This document shows positions 33,450 through 43,121 of a DNA stretch of 64,000 nt, piece by piece (the stretch's first letter is position 1; every line of letters begins with the position of its first letter). The position numbers were made by a program, and so were the translations under genes. This DNA is from an uncultured Chloroflexia bacterium (GTDB lineage: Bacteria > Chloroflexota > Limnocylindria > Limnocylindrales > CSP1-4), in the NCBI GenBank assembly GCA_963763775.1, contig CAVXPZ010000001.1, positions 544,001-608,000 on the forward strand, written 5' to 3'. The notes below the pieces were generated by a model. It was not told the origin of the DNA and did no database searches. It saw only the letters and a program-made list of their open reading frames with translations.

Positions 33450-34490
33450 ATGTACCCACCCCTCGCGGAGACCCGGTCCCGCGACGGGACGCGCATCGCC
33501 TTCGCGTCCATCGGCGACGGCTACCCGCTCGTCATGCTGCCCGGGGTCCCGCTCAGCAATCTTCGCGCGGAGTGGCGCATCCCCGTCCTTCGCACCGCGC
33601 TCGAGACGGTGGCCACCCAGCTCCGGCTGGTCCAGTACGACGGGCGCGGCACCGGCCGATCCCAGCGCGACGTCACGGACTTCTCGCTCGACTCGATGCT
33701 CGGCGACCTGGACGCGGTCATCGCGGCCGCCGGGCTGCAGCGGTTCGCCCTGCTCGGCTTCTACAGCTCGTGCTCGCATGCGATCGCCTACGCCGCCCGA
33801 CATCCTGAACGTGTCTCGCACCTGATCCTGTTCGGCGGCGTGGCGCAGGGATGGGACCACATGCGAGGCCCCGGGACGCAGGCGCTCCTGAGCCTGATCG
33901 AACGGGACTGGGACACGTTCGTCGAATCGGTCACGCACGCCTGGCTCGGCTGGCCGGACGATGAGGAGGGCCGCCTCGCGGTCGAGTGGTTCCGCACGGC
34001 GACGACGCCCGAAGTCGCCCGAGCCACGATCCAGGCGGCGAGCGGCATCGATGTGAGCGACCTCCTCGCCGACGTCCGTTGCCCGGCCCTGGTGCTCCAC
34101 CGGCGCGACGCCACGGTCATCCCGATCGAGGTCTCCGAGTCGATGGCGAACCGGCTGCCGGCGGGCCGCCTCGAGATCCTCGACGGCACGTCGGCGAGCC
34201 TCTTCTTCGAGCGGCCGGACGAGGTGGTCCGACTGATCATCGACTTCGTCCTGGACTCGGCGGCGCCGGGCACGACTCGACGCCGGTCGCGCGGATCGTC
34301 CGCGCTGACCCGCCGGGAGATCGAGGTCCTGCGGCTGGTCGCCGCAGGTGAGTCCAACGCCGAGATCGCGGCCACGCTCGGACTCTCCGTCAATACGGTC
34401 GAGCGGCACGTGTCGAACATCTATCGGAAGGTCGATGCGCGCGGGCGAGCCGATGCCACCGCCTACGCGATCCGGCACGGGATCGCCTGA
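33450..34490 (+). CDS. Alpha/beta-hydrolase-fold + LuxR HTH regulator
   Basis: YDGRGTGRS; C-terminal LTRREIEVLRLVAAGESNAEIA...TVERHVSNIY. Confidence 0.88.
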   Translation: MYPPLAETRSRDGTRIAFASIGDGYPLVMLPGVPLSNLRAEWRIPVLRTALETVATQLRLVQYDGRGTGRSQRDVTDFSLDSMLGDLDAVIAAAGLQRFALLGFYSSCSHAIAYAARHPERVSHLILFGGVAQGWDHMRGPGTQALLSLIERDWDTFVESVTHAWLGWPDDEEGRLAVEWFRTATTPEVARATIQAASGIDVSDLLADVRCPALVLHRRDATVIPIEVSESMANRLPAGRLEILDGTSASLFFERPDEVVRLIIDFVLDSAAPGTTRRRSRGSSALTRREIEVLRLVAAGESNAEIAATLGLSVNTVERHVSNIYRKVDARGRADATAYAIRHGIA

Positions 34491-34633
34491 CCGCCCTCGC
34501 CGTCGACGCCCGCGCTTGATGACGGATTCCCGTGACGAGATCCGCCAGACGGCCGCGATGACGACGATCCACCGACGGCCCTAGCGTGGGGTCACACGAC
34601 CGATCACCACGACCGATCGCATCCGGAGGCCTC

Positions 34634-35002
34634 ATGCGCACGTTCGCCCGTCTCTTCGCCCCGCTCTCGCGACCCCTCGCGGGCCGTCGCTGGTTCCCGC
34701 TATGGGCGATCCTCCACCACCGCGGCCGCACGAGCGGCACGGCCTACGCGACGCCGGTCGTCGTCCGGCGGACGGCCGACGGCTTCGTCATCCCGATGCC
34801 GTTCGGTGATGCCACCCAATGGGCGCGCAATGTCATCGCCGCCGACGGATGCACGATCCACTGGCGCGGGCGGGACCACGTCGTCGATCATCCGGCGACC
34901 GTCGGTCGAGATCGCGCCGGCGAGGCGTTCACACCCCTCATGCGAGCGGTGATGGGTCCCGCCGGGATCGAGCAGTTCCTGGTCCTGCGGGACGCCGCCT
35001 GA
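34634..35002 (+). CDS. Deazaflavin (F420)-dependent nitroreductase-family protein
   Basis: HRGRTSG..YATPV, QWARNV.A; GGAGG RBS. Confidence 0.78.
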   Translation: MRTFARLFAPLSRPLAGRRWFPLWAILHHRGRTSGTAYATPVVVRRTADGFVIPMPFGDATQWARNVIAADGCTIHWRGRDHVVDHPATVGRDRAGEAFTPLMRAVMGPAGIEQFLVLRDAA

Positions 35003-35004
35003 GA

Positions 35005-36657
35005 TCAGCGCTCGAGGACGACCTCGCCGTCGAGGAGCACCATGGAGGGCCGAGCGGCAGACAACGCTCCCCCCGGCTCGACCGGGTCGTCGAGCGCCGC
35101 CGCCGGGATCACGACGATGTCGGCGCGCTGTCCGGGCGTCAGTCGTCCACGGTCCGTCTCGCGGGCGGCGACGGCCGGGTCCACGCACTGCGCGCGGATC
35201 GCGCGGTCGAGACTGAGCGCCTCCTGTGGCCCGAACGCCGGCGTGCCCGCCGGCCACCGCGGGTCCTCCCGGCGCACGGCGAGCGCCACGCCGGGCCACG
35301 GGTCGAGTGGCTCGACCGGCGCGTCCGTCCCGAACGCCAGGACCGCCCCGGTTCGGGCGATCGACGCCCACGTGTAGCCGTTCGCCTCCGCCCGCGCGCC
35401 CCACAGCCGCCGCGCCTTGGCCGCATCCGAGCCCACGTGGCATGGCTGCACGCTCGCCACGATCCCGTGCGCCGCGAACCGGCCGCGGTCGGCAGGGTCG
35501 AGCAACTGGACGTGCTCGATGCGCGGCATCAGGGGGACCGCCGGGTCGGTCGCGGCGAGCACGTCGAGCGCGGTCCGGACGGCCGCGTCGCCGATGGCGT
35601 GGATCTGCGTCGCGATGCCGGCGGCGGCTGCGCGTCGGGCGAGGTCGGCGAGGACCTCGGGTTCCGTGGTCCAGACGCCGCGGCGACGGGCCGGTGGGAG
35701 CGGCTGGTCCGGCTCGGGTTCGATGTCGGCCAGGAGCGCCGCCGTCCGCGACCCCATCGAGCCGTCGGCGAAGAGCTTCTGCCAGCCGACGCGGGCACGG
35801 CCGGATGCATCTTCGCCGAGCGGGGCGCCGCTGCGGATCCCGCGCGCGATGGCCGCGTCCAGGGCGTCGTCCCGCAGGCTCGCATGCACGCGGATGGGGA
35901 GGTCGTCGCGATCGGCGAGCGCCGCGTACGCCGGATAGCTGAACGTGAGGTCCGGGTCGGGCGCGAGCGCGCCGGGATCGTGGCACGCCACGACGCCGAG
36001 CGAGACCAACTCCCGGCCGACCGCCTCGATCGCCGCTTCGAGTTCGGCGGGGTCCGCGGGAGGCTGGAAGACGGTCACAAGGCGCGTCGCCGACTCGTAG
36101 AGGACACCTTCGGGAGCCCCGGCGGGATCGCGCCGGATGATCCCGCCCGGCGGGTCCGACGTCTCGGCGGTCACGCCGGCGGTCCGCAACGCCGCGTGGC
36201 TCGCCAGCAGGGCGTGGTGGTCGTGGGCCCAGAGGATGACGCGGCGGCCCGGGGCGGCGGCCTCGAGGTCGTCGGCGGTAGGCCAGCCCCCCCACCGGTC
36301 GGCGTCCCACCCGTGCCCGTCGATCCAGGCGTCCGGCGTCTCGGCGAGTCGCTCGTGCGCGGCGCGGACGGCCGCCAGGCCCGCCTCGAGGCTGACCGCC
36401 CCGGACAGGTCGACCTGCCGTCTCGCCCTGGCGGCCTGCCCGAGATGGAGGTGGGCGTCGGTCAGCCCCGGGATGGCGACGACGTCGGGCTCGAGGGTGA
36501 TCCGCGAGGTATGCGGGTCGGCGCGCGTCTCGAGATCGATCTCCGATCCGGCGAACGCGATCCGTCCCTCACGGATGCCGACGGCCTCGACCCAGCCGAA
36601 GCCGGAGGGACCGGACAACGTCGCGATCCGGCCCGTGATGAGCATGTCCAGCGGCAT
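35005..36657 (-). CDS. Amidohydrolase family 3 (YtcJ-like)
   Basis: PGLTDAHLH, KLFADGSMGSRTA, HAIGD, RIEH, FGTDAPV. Confidence 0.9.
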   Translation of the reverse strand: MPLDMLITGRIATLSGPSGFGWVEAVGIREGRIAFAGSEIDLETRADPHTSRITLEPDVVAIPGLTDAHLHLGQAARARRQVDLSGAVSLEAGLAAVRAAHERLAETPDAWIDGHGWDADRWGGWPTADDLEAAAPGRRVILWAHDHHALLASHAALRTAGVTAETSDPPGGIIRRDPAGAPEGVLYESATRLVTVFQPPADPAELEAAIEAVGRELVSLGVVACHDPGALAPDPDLTFSYPAYAALADRDDLPIRVHASLRDDALDAAIARGIRSGAPLGEDASGRARVGWQKLFADGSMGSRTAALLADIEPEPDQPLPPARRRGVWTTEPEVLADLARRAAAAGIATQIHAIGDAAVRTALDVLAATDPAVPLMPRIEHVQLLDPADRGRFAAHGIVASVQPCHVGSDAAKARRLWGARAEANGYTWASIARTGAVLAFGTDAPVEPLDPWPGVALAVRREDPRWPAGTPAFGPQEALSLDRAIRAQCVDPAVAARETDRGRLTPGQRADIVVIPAAALDDPVEPGGALSAARPSMVLLDGEVVLER

Positions 36658-36687
36658 CGGTCGTCCCCGGCGGCCTTGGGCGTCGCG

Positions 36688-38316
36688 TCAGTCGCGGTCG
36701 GCCGGGTCGGCCGGTCCGGCGTGGGCCATCGGGTCGCCGACGAGCTGATCGACATCGCGGGCATCGGTCACGACGGCCACCGGCGCAGTCGCCGGCGGAT
36801 CGACGGGCGCAGCCGCCGCGCCCGTCGTGGTGGTCGCGGTCGTGGTGGTCGCGGTCGAGGCCGTGGTCGGCGTCGATCGGCGTCCGCCGGCCTCGATCTC
36901 GTGCCAGGACGGCCGGTCAGCGCCGAGCGCCGCCGCGATCGGGTCGACGGTGCGCGGGTCCGTGGCGCTGTGCACGTCCGTGGCGGACAGGGGCCCCCGC
37001 CAGAAGACCGAGGCGACACCGGTGGCCAGCACGATCACCGCGACGGACATGAGGACCGCCGTGGTCCCGACGACGTCGGAGATGGGGCCGACGATGATGA
37101 TCGGCACGAAACTCGCGATGGAGACGAGCATGCCAAGGACGCCGAAGACGCGGCCTCGGACGTCTTCGGGCAGGTCCTCCTGGAGCTGCGTCTGCGACGG
37201 GATGGCGACGAACCCGTACGCGATGCCCGCCAGGAGCGCGATGACCACGACGACGGCGAGCAACGAGGTGACACCGGAGAGGTCCAGGCCGCCCGGCGCG
37301 TCCGCCCGCTGCAGGAGGCGGCTGATCGGACCGGCCACGGCCAGGAGCGCCAGCAGCGTCCCGAGGGCGATCAGACCGCCCTCGATGACCCGCCTCCGAG
37401 GCAGGAACTTGCCGTAGGCGTTGAGGAGCAGGATCCCGGTGACGATGCCGAAGCCGAGCGGGAGGACGACCACCGCGAAGGACTTGGAATCGAGCCCGAG
37501 CGTTTCCTTGGCGAAGTCCGGGCCGAGGACGCCGAGGACCCCGACGAGCGATGCGGTGATCCCGAGGTAGATCAGCGACCACGAGATCGAGCGGTGTCCG
37601 CGGATGAAGGACAGGCCCTCCCGCAGCTGCGTGATGACCCCTTCGACGGCTGTGTCGCCCTCGCCGACGCCCGTCTCGGAGCCGGGGGTCTGCTCCCGGA
37701 CCGTCGGCGGCGACGACGGCAGGAAGAAGCAGAAGACCGCCGCGAGGAAGTACAGCCCCGCCACGATGATGATGACCGCCTCCGGCGAGGCGACGTTGAC
37801 GACGAGCGGGCCGAGCAGCGCGAACCCGAGCGCGAAGGAGGCGTTGAGCGTCAGCGTGAAGATCCCGTTCGCGGTCAGCAGCTGGCGGCGTTCCACGACG
37901 AACGGGATCATCGCGGCCTCGGCGGGCGCGAAGAAGACCGTGATGGTCGAGACCGTGAAGTTGAGCAACAGGATCAGCGGCAGGTTCGAGCCGATGAGGT
38001 ACAGCGCGACGAACGCCGCTCCCCGCAGCACGTTCGTCAGGACCAGGATCACCCGTCGATCGATCCGGTCGACGTACACACCGGCCACGGCGGAGAAGAG
38101 CACCGCCGGGACGAGGAACGTCAGGATCAGGAGGCTCACGACCGTGTTCAGGCCGGTCGAGTCCAGGACGATGACCGTCAGGCCGTACAGGACCATGTTG
38201 CCGCCGATCTGGGTCGCGGCCTGCGACAGCCAGAGGCGAAGGAACGCGCCGTTCCGGAAGACCGAGAGGGCGCTTTCGTCGGAGCCGGGGACCTGGGCGG
38301 CGGCTTCGCTCGTCAC
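36688..38316 (-). CDS. MFS transporter
   Basis: FLRLWLSQ, AGVYVDRIDRR, ~12 hydrophobic segments, RGRVFG; GTG overlaps the upstream stop. Confidence 0.88.
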   Translation of the reverse strand: MTSEAAAQVPGSDESALSVFRNGAFLRLWLSQAATQIGGNMVLYGLTVIVLDSTGLNTVVSLLILTFLVPAVLFSAVAGVYVDRIDRRVILVLTNVLRGAAFVALYLIGSNLPLILLLNFTVSTITVFFAPAEAAMIPFVVERRQLLTANGIFTLTLNASFALGFALLGPLVVNVASPEAVIIIVAGLYFLAAVFCFFLPSSPPTVREQTPGSETGVGEGDTAVEGVITQLREGLSFIRGHRSISWSLIYLGITASLVGVLGVLGPDFAKETLGLDSKSFAVVVLPLGFGIVTGILLLNAYGKFLPRRRVIEGGLIALGTLLALLAVAGPISRLLQRADAPGGLDLSGVTSLLAVVVVIALLAGIAYGFVAIPSQTQLQEDLPEDVRGRVFGVLGMLVSIASFVPIIIVGPISDVVGTTAVLMSVAVIVLATGVASVFWRGPLSATDVHSATDPRTVDPIAAALGADRPSWHEIEAGGRRSTPTTASTATTTTATTTTGAAAAPVDPPATAPVAVVTDARDVDQLVGDPMAHAGPADPADRD

Positions 38317-38564
38317 TCGGCCGGGCCTGACCCGGTCGGCGTGAGCGCGGCACTCACCACGGGATCGCCCCGTTCGACGAAGCCGACGATGCGCCGCTCG
38401 AGCGATCGCCGTTCGAGCAGGACGTGGCGACCGCAGCCGCGGCAGCGGATGCCGATATCGGCCCCAAGGCGGTCCACGAGCCACGTGTCCGCCCCGCACG
38501 GATGGGTCCGGCGGAGGCGCACGACGTCACCCACGAACAGTTGGAGCACCTCGCGATCGGTCAT
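38313..38564 (-). CDS. DUF951 family protein
   Basis: GDVVRLRRTHPCG...RLGADIGIRCRGCGR. Confidence 0.85.
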   Translation of the reverse strand: MTDREVLQLFVGDVVRLRRTHPCGADTWLVDRLGADIGIRCRGCGRHVLLERRSLERRIVGFVERGDPVVSAALTPTGSGPAE

Positions 38565-38580
38565 CCGGCCGGTCAGGGTA

Positions 38581-39255
38581 TCAAAGCCGTGGCTGACCGT
38601 GGATCGGCAGAAGGTCCCGGTCCGTGGCTGGGAGTTCCAGGCGGTCCATGGGCGTCACGACGACGACGACGTCGGGCTGCGTGGCCGCGAGCTGGGCGAT
38701 GATGCCGCCGGAGCGGGTCAGCGAGCCGGTCAGCTGCTCGGAGGCGCCGATCGCCGAGAGTTCGAAGTCCGACCCGAGCGAGACGCCGTCGACCGCCGCC
38801 TGGCCCGGTGCGCCGACGACGACGACCCCGGGGACGAAGCGCACGGGTCCCGCGGCGATCGCCTCCGCGCCGGCGGTCCGCAGCTCGTTGATCAGGCCCT
38901 CCAGGCCAGGTCCGTCGATCGGCCCGCTGATCGTGATGGTCACCCCGGGACCCGTGACCGGGTCGAGGCCGGCGTAGGCGCGGACGCGAGCCAGGTCCGC
39001 GCGGATCTCGTCGATCGAGGCGTCGCCCCGAGACTGGTTGGATGTCAGCGTCGCGAGCTCGCGTTCGAGGGAGGCGACCTCGCCGCGGAGCTGGTCGTTG
39101 CGCTCATTGAGATTGGCCACAAGGACCGTGAGGTCCTGCGCGGAAAGGGCCGCGATGCCCGTGCTCCCGGCCTGTGCGCGAAGCTGGACCACGACCAGCA
39201 CGCCGAGCACGAAGGCCACGACGGCGACGGTGACCTGGTTGCGCCGTCGGTGCAT
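38581..39255 (-). CDS. DUF881 family membrane-anchored protein
   Basis: N-terminal TM, coiled coil, AGLDPVTGPGV, INELRTAGAEAI, AIG. Confidence 0.85.
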   Translation of the reverse strand: MHRRRNQVTVAVVAFVLGVLVVVQLRAQAGSTGIAALSAQDLTVLVANLNERNDQLRGEVASLERELATLTSNQSRGDASIDEIRADLARVRAYAGLDPVTGPGVTITISGPIDGPGLEGLINELRTAGAEAIAAGPVRFVPGVVVVGAPGQAAVDGVSLGSDFELSAIGASEQLTGSLTRSGGIIAQLAATQPDVVVVVTPMDRLELPATDRDLLPIHGQPRL

Positions 39256-40028
39256 CAGGGCGCCGCCGACGCCGCGGCCGGGGACGCGCTCGGGACGGGC
39301 CGCGAGTACCGCAGCGAGACGGTGCCCGCGAACGCCGGCACGTCGACGGAGCTGGGCTCCGCGAACGAGACCCGGATGCCGTAGGCCTCCGCCCGCGCCC
39401 GGATGAACTCGATGAAGTCCGGCGCCGCGACCAGGCGGTCGTACAGGTCGTCGGGCCCGATGGCCGTCACCTGGTACGGCGGTGCGAGGTACGCGGAGTT
39501 CACCAGGATCGAGGCGCCGATGTCGACCAGCGAGCTGGTCGGGGTGATGCGCTCGCCGTTGACGGCGATGGCCTCCGCGCCGGCGACCCACAGGTCGTCG
39601 ATGACCGTCCGGATATCGCGGGATCCGACGAGGTAGTCGGCCTCGTTGGCATCCGCGGCGACCGGCTGCAGCGAGTCCTCGAGCTGGAGCACGACGCCGG
39701 TCCCGCGGAGCGGGATGAGGCCGGCGGCCAGGCGGGCCTTCTCGAGGTCGTCGTTCAGCTGCTTGACGGTCGCGGCGGACCCCTGGCCGGTCCCCTCGAT
39801 GGCCCCGATCTGCGATCGCAGGTCCAGGATCCGGGCCTTGAGGTCGTCCTGCTGCGACTGGAGCCCGGTGGCGGTCTCCACGAGCGGCGAGCGCTCCTGC
39901 GTGGTGTAGCGCACGCGGGGCCCCTCGGAGGCCAGCTGCGCCGCGATGAGGAACCCGAGACCGAGGAGGGCCGCCCCGAGGGTCAGCTGCCAGCTCGGGA
40001 TCTGTCGGACGCGGCCCATCACGGTCAT
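39255..40028 (-). CDS. DUF881 family membrane-anchored protein
   Basis: TM, coiled coil, AGL.PLRGTGV, LWVAGAEAIAVNGER, PPYQVTAIG. Confidence 0.88.
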   Translation of the reverse strand: MTVMGRVRQIPSWQLTLGAALLGLGFLIAAQLASEGPRVRYTTQERSPLVETATGLQSQQDDLKARILDLRSQIGAIEGTGQGSAATVKQLNDDLEKARLAAGLIPLRGTGVVLQLEDSLQPVAADANEADYLVGSRDIRTVIDDLWVAGAEAIAVNGERITPTSSLVDIGASILVNSAYLAPPYQVTAIGPDDLYDRLVAAPDFIEFIRARAEAYGIRVSFAEPSSVDVPAFAGTVSLRYSRPVPSASPAAASAAP

Positions 40029-41407
40029 GTCTCGGCGTCCCGGCGACGGCGGGCGAGCACGACGGCGACCACGATGACCACGGCGCCGAGGACGAAGGCC
40101 GCCACGACGATCCCCGGTCCGCCGGATGACCCGTCGCCGCTCGACGACGCGCCGGGCGGCGGCGAGGCCGAGGCCGTCGGACCCGGGGCGTTCGGATCGG
40201 GGGCGCTCGTCCGGCCCGGGACCAAGCCGGAGCCACTCCCCCACGATGACGGCACGGGACCGGCGGGCGGCGGCTGGGGGCCCGTCCGCGTCGGGGGCGT
40301 GGCCCCGTAGTCGGCGAGCCAGGCATCCGAGAAGCCCGACATCGTGACGCCCGTGGCGGTCTGGAACGCCTCGTCGTCGGTCCGCCCGTCCTTGTACGAG
40401 GTGATGAGCCCGACGAGGGCGTCCTGGCCGTACGTCCGAACGAGGAAGTCGACCGCCGAGACGGACTCCGAATACGCCAGGCGGAACCGGTCGGCGGTCG
40501 TCGGGAACTGGCCCGTCAGGCCGGTGAGCGGGATCAGCGACCCGTCCTTGGCGGCGCGAACCACGTCGCTGCGGTCGGCGCTCTTGAACCCCTCGCTCTC
40601 GTAGACCGCGAGCCCCTCGTTGAGCCACCGGGGTGGGAAGTGGTACGGGTTCTCGACGGCGGTGTTGAACACGAGATGGGTCAGCTCGTGCGGGATGACC
40701 GCCTCGACCCAGGCGTCGTTGATCTCCGACGGCTGGATGAGCGCGAACAAGGTCCGGATCTCGGAGTCGGCCTGGCCGCCCACGTTCTCGCGGGTCGCCG
40801 GACCGAGGGCGTCGTAGAAGGACTTCTGGTCCGCGTAGATGAAGAAGTCCACCGGCTCGGTCTCCGTGACGCCGAGCAGGGCCGCGGCCTTCTCGACGGC
40901 CTTCTCGCCGATCTCGAGCGCGCGCTGCCCGAACGCCTCGTCGCCCTGGTACCAGTGGACGCGGACGACCTTTCCGTCCTTGGTCCGCCAGTCGAAGCGC
41001 TCGTCCGAATACACCACCTTGACCGACGGTCCCGTGACCGTCGCGCCCGGGTCATCCGCGGGAGCGATCCGCCAGGCGGCCGTCAGCGGCGTGTTGGGCA
41101 GGAGATGGCCCTGGTCCGCGAGCTTGAACGTGTAGGTCAGGTCGACCGCACCGGTGCCTGTCGGCGGCGTGGCCTCGATGACGGTCGGCCCGATGGCGTC
41201 CGCGAACGTGACAAGCAATTCGGCCGTGCCGATCGGGCGGTCGACCGTGACCGGCTGCTCGAACACGATGTCCTGCCCGAACGACCCGGTGGCGGTCGGC
41301 TTGCCGAAGGTCGCGAAGGACGCCGCGGCAGCGGCCGGCGCGACGGCCGCGGCGACGGCCACGACCGCCACGATGGCGACCGCGAGACGACGGCTCAGTC
41401 GCCCCAT
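40025..41407 (-). CDS. Secreted, C-terminally anchored peptidase MA (gluzincin) family protein
   Basis: Signal peptide; HELTH...WLNEGLA; Pro/Ser linker, TM, RRRR tail. Confidence 0.85.
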   Translation of the reverse strand: MGRLSRRLAVAIVAVVAVAAAVAPAAAAASFATFGKPTATGSFGQDIVFEQPVTVDRPIGTAELLVTFADAIGPTVIEATPPTGTGAVDLTYTFKLADQGHLLPNTPLTAAWRIAPADDPGATVTGPSVKVVYSDERFDWRTKDGKVVRVHWYQGDEAFGQRALEIGEKAVEKAAALLGVTETEPVDFFIYADQKSFYDALGPATRENVGGQADSEIRTLFALIQPSEINDAWVEAVIPHELTHLVFNTAVENPYHFPPRWLNEGLAVYESEGFKSADRSDVVRAAKDGSLIPLTGLTGQFPTTADRFRLAYSESVSAVDFLVRTYGQDALVGLITSYKDGRTDDEAFQTATGVTMSGFSDAWLADYGATPPTRTGPQPPPAGPVPSSWGSGSGLVPGRTSAPDPNAPGPTASASPPPGASSSGDGSSGGPGIVVAAFVLGAVVIVVAVVLARRRRDAET

Positions 41408-42963
41408 GCCAGCCCTGCCATCCGCACGATCCCGAGGCCGTTCTCGCTGGCGCCGAGCAGCCCGTCGCGTGCCAGGGCCCATCCCGTGCCGTAGCTGATC
41501 GGGACCACCGGGGCATCGTTCGCGACGATCGCCTCGGCGCGGTCGTAGGCGGACGCCGCCGACGCCGGGTCGGCAGCGGCATTCGCCTCCGCGACGGCCG
41601 CGTCGAACTCTGGCGACTTCCAGCCCCCGTAGTTGTTGGTCGAGTCGCTCGAGAGCAGGACGCCCAGGAAGTCATTCCTGCCCGGGAAGTCCGCGATCCA
41701 GCCAAGCGACCACATCGCGGGCGGGTCGGTCGAGAGCCGGCCGAAATACGTGTCGAAGCTCATCGTCTCGTAGCCCAGCGTGATCCCGAGCTCGCGCTTG
41801 ATCTCGTCGAGGACGGCGGCGTCGGAGCCACCGCCACCGGTCATGAGCGTCGTCTGCGGGAAGCCGGCGCCGCCCGGGAACCCGGCCTCGGCGAGGAGCG
41901 CGCGGGCCTTGTCCGGGTCGTACGCGGGCAGGAAGTCGCGGTCGGAGCGGCCGGGCATGCCCGGCGGCACGATCGAGGTGACGGTCGAGACCTGGTCGCT
42001 GGCGGCGCTGAGCTTCGCGATCCGCCGCCAGTCGACGGCCATCGCGAAGGCCTGCCGCACGCGAACGTCGTCGAACGGCGGCTTGCGCGTGTCGAAGCCG
42101 TAGAACTGCGTCGAGAGCGCCGGGACCTGGCGGAGTTGCGGGCCGAGGCTCGGGTCGTAGGCGATCCACGACGCATCGCTGTCGAAGATCGACGTGTAGT
42201 CGAGCTCGTCGTTCTCGAAGACCTCCACGGCGCTCCGACCGCCCAGGTCGCTGACGAGCTGGATCGTGTCGATCGCCGGCTTGCCGGCCCAGTAGGCCGG
42301 GTTCGCCGTGAGGGTCATGCCCGTCGGGCTCACGGCGGTCGGCAGATAGCCGCCGCTGCCGACGAAATCCGGTCCCGGCTTGAAGTCCGCGGCGGCCTTC
42401 GGCCCAGGCGGGACGACTCCGAACGTCGGGCTCGCCACGACCTCGACGAAGTCCGATGCCGGGCGGACGAGGTCCACCGTGACCGTGCCGGCCGTGTCGT
42501 CCGCCGCCAGGCCGACCTTGGCCGCGTCCGTCTCGCGGCCCGCGAGATGGTCCGTCGCGCCGTCGACGACCAGCATCAGGGATGCCAGGGGCGAAGGTGC
42601 GGCCGGGTCGATGACCCGCAGCCAGCTCCGAACGACGTCGCTCGCCCGCAGGGGGCTGCCGTCCGAGAATGTCAGGTCGGGCCGGAGCTTGAAGACGACC
42701 CGCTTGCCACCTTCCTCCACCGACCACGATTCGGCGAGGGCCGGCCGGACCTGGAGATCCGCATCGAACGTCGTGAGCGTCTCGTAGAACTGCGCGAGGA
42801 CCGCGGCGGTCCCGCCATCGCCCTGGGCGGCGGGATCGAAGGTCGCCGGCTCGCCGGCAAGGATGCGGACCGGTCGGTCCGCGGCCGCCGCGGGGGCGCA
42901 CGAGGCCAGCACGACGGCGAGCAGCGCCAGGCAGACGGTGAGGCGAGACGGGGCGTGGCGCAT
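41395..42963 (-). CDS. ABC peptide substrate-binding lipoprotein (family 5, OppA-like)
   Basis: LASC lipobox; PALAESW, FSDGSPL, PFDDVRVRQAF, ARALLAEAG; TATACT 7 nt before ATG. Confidence 0.9.
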   Translation of the reverse strand: MRHAPSRLTVCLALLAVVLASCAPAAAADRPVRILAGEPATFDPAAQGDGGTAAVLAQFYETLTTFDADLQVRPALAESWSVEEGGKRVVFKLRPDLTFSDGSPLRASDVVRSWLRVIDPAAPSPLASLMLVVDGATDHLAGRETDAAKVGLAADDTAGTVTVDLVRPASDFVEVVASPTFGVVPPGPKAAADFKPGPDFVGSGGYLPTAVSPTGMTLTANPAYWAGKPAIDTIQLVSDLGGRSAVEVFENDELDYTSIFDSDASWIAYDPSLGPQLRQVPALSTQFYGFDTRKPPFDDVRVRQAFAMAVDWRRIAKLSAASDQVSTVTSIVPPGMPGRSDRDFLPAYDPDKARALLAEAGFPGGAGFPQTTLMTGGGGSDAAVLDEIKRELGITLGYETMSFDTYFGRLSTDPPAMWSLGWIADFPGRNDFLGVLLSSDSTNNYGGWKSPEFDAAVAEANAAADPASAASAYDRAEAIVANDAPVVPISYGTGWALARDGLLGASENGLGIVRMAGLAWGD

Positions 42964-42985
42964 CGGCGGGAGTATAGGGCGGCCC

Positions 42986-43121
42986 GGCCGAAGCCCCCTC
43001 GGATCGACGGATCGGAAGGCTTTGAGGCCCCGCAGGTCGACACCCGCCGGGGGACGTCATGCCCACCCGCGAGGCCTCTATGGATACCAACGAACAGGTT
43101 CCGATCCCGTTAGGGCCGGCC
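42986..43121 (-). ncRNA. Candidate structured ncRNA (long hairpin with asymmetric central bubble; 6S-like shape, family unassigned)
   Basis: Stems 43007-43017/43099-43110 and 43024-43037/43065-43078; plus-strand A-C mismatches become G-U on the minus strand. Confidence 0.5.

Noticed and set aside
34819-39384. 1521-aa plus-strand ORF and other long antisense ORFs
   Set aside because: Shadow ORFs of high-GC coding sequence with no recognisable motifs
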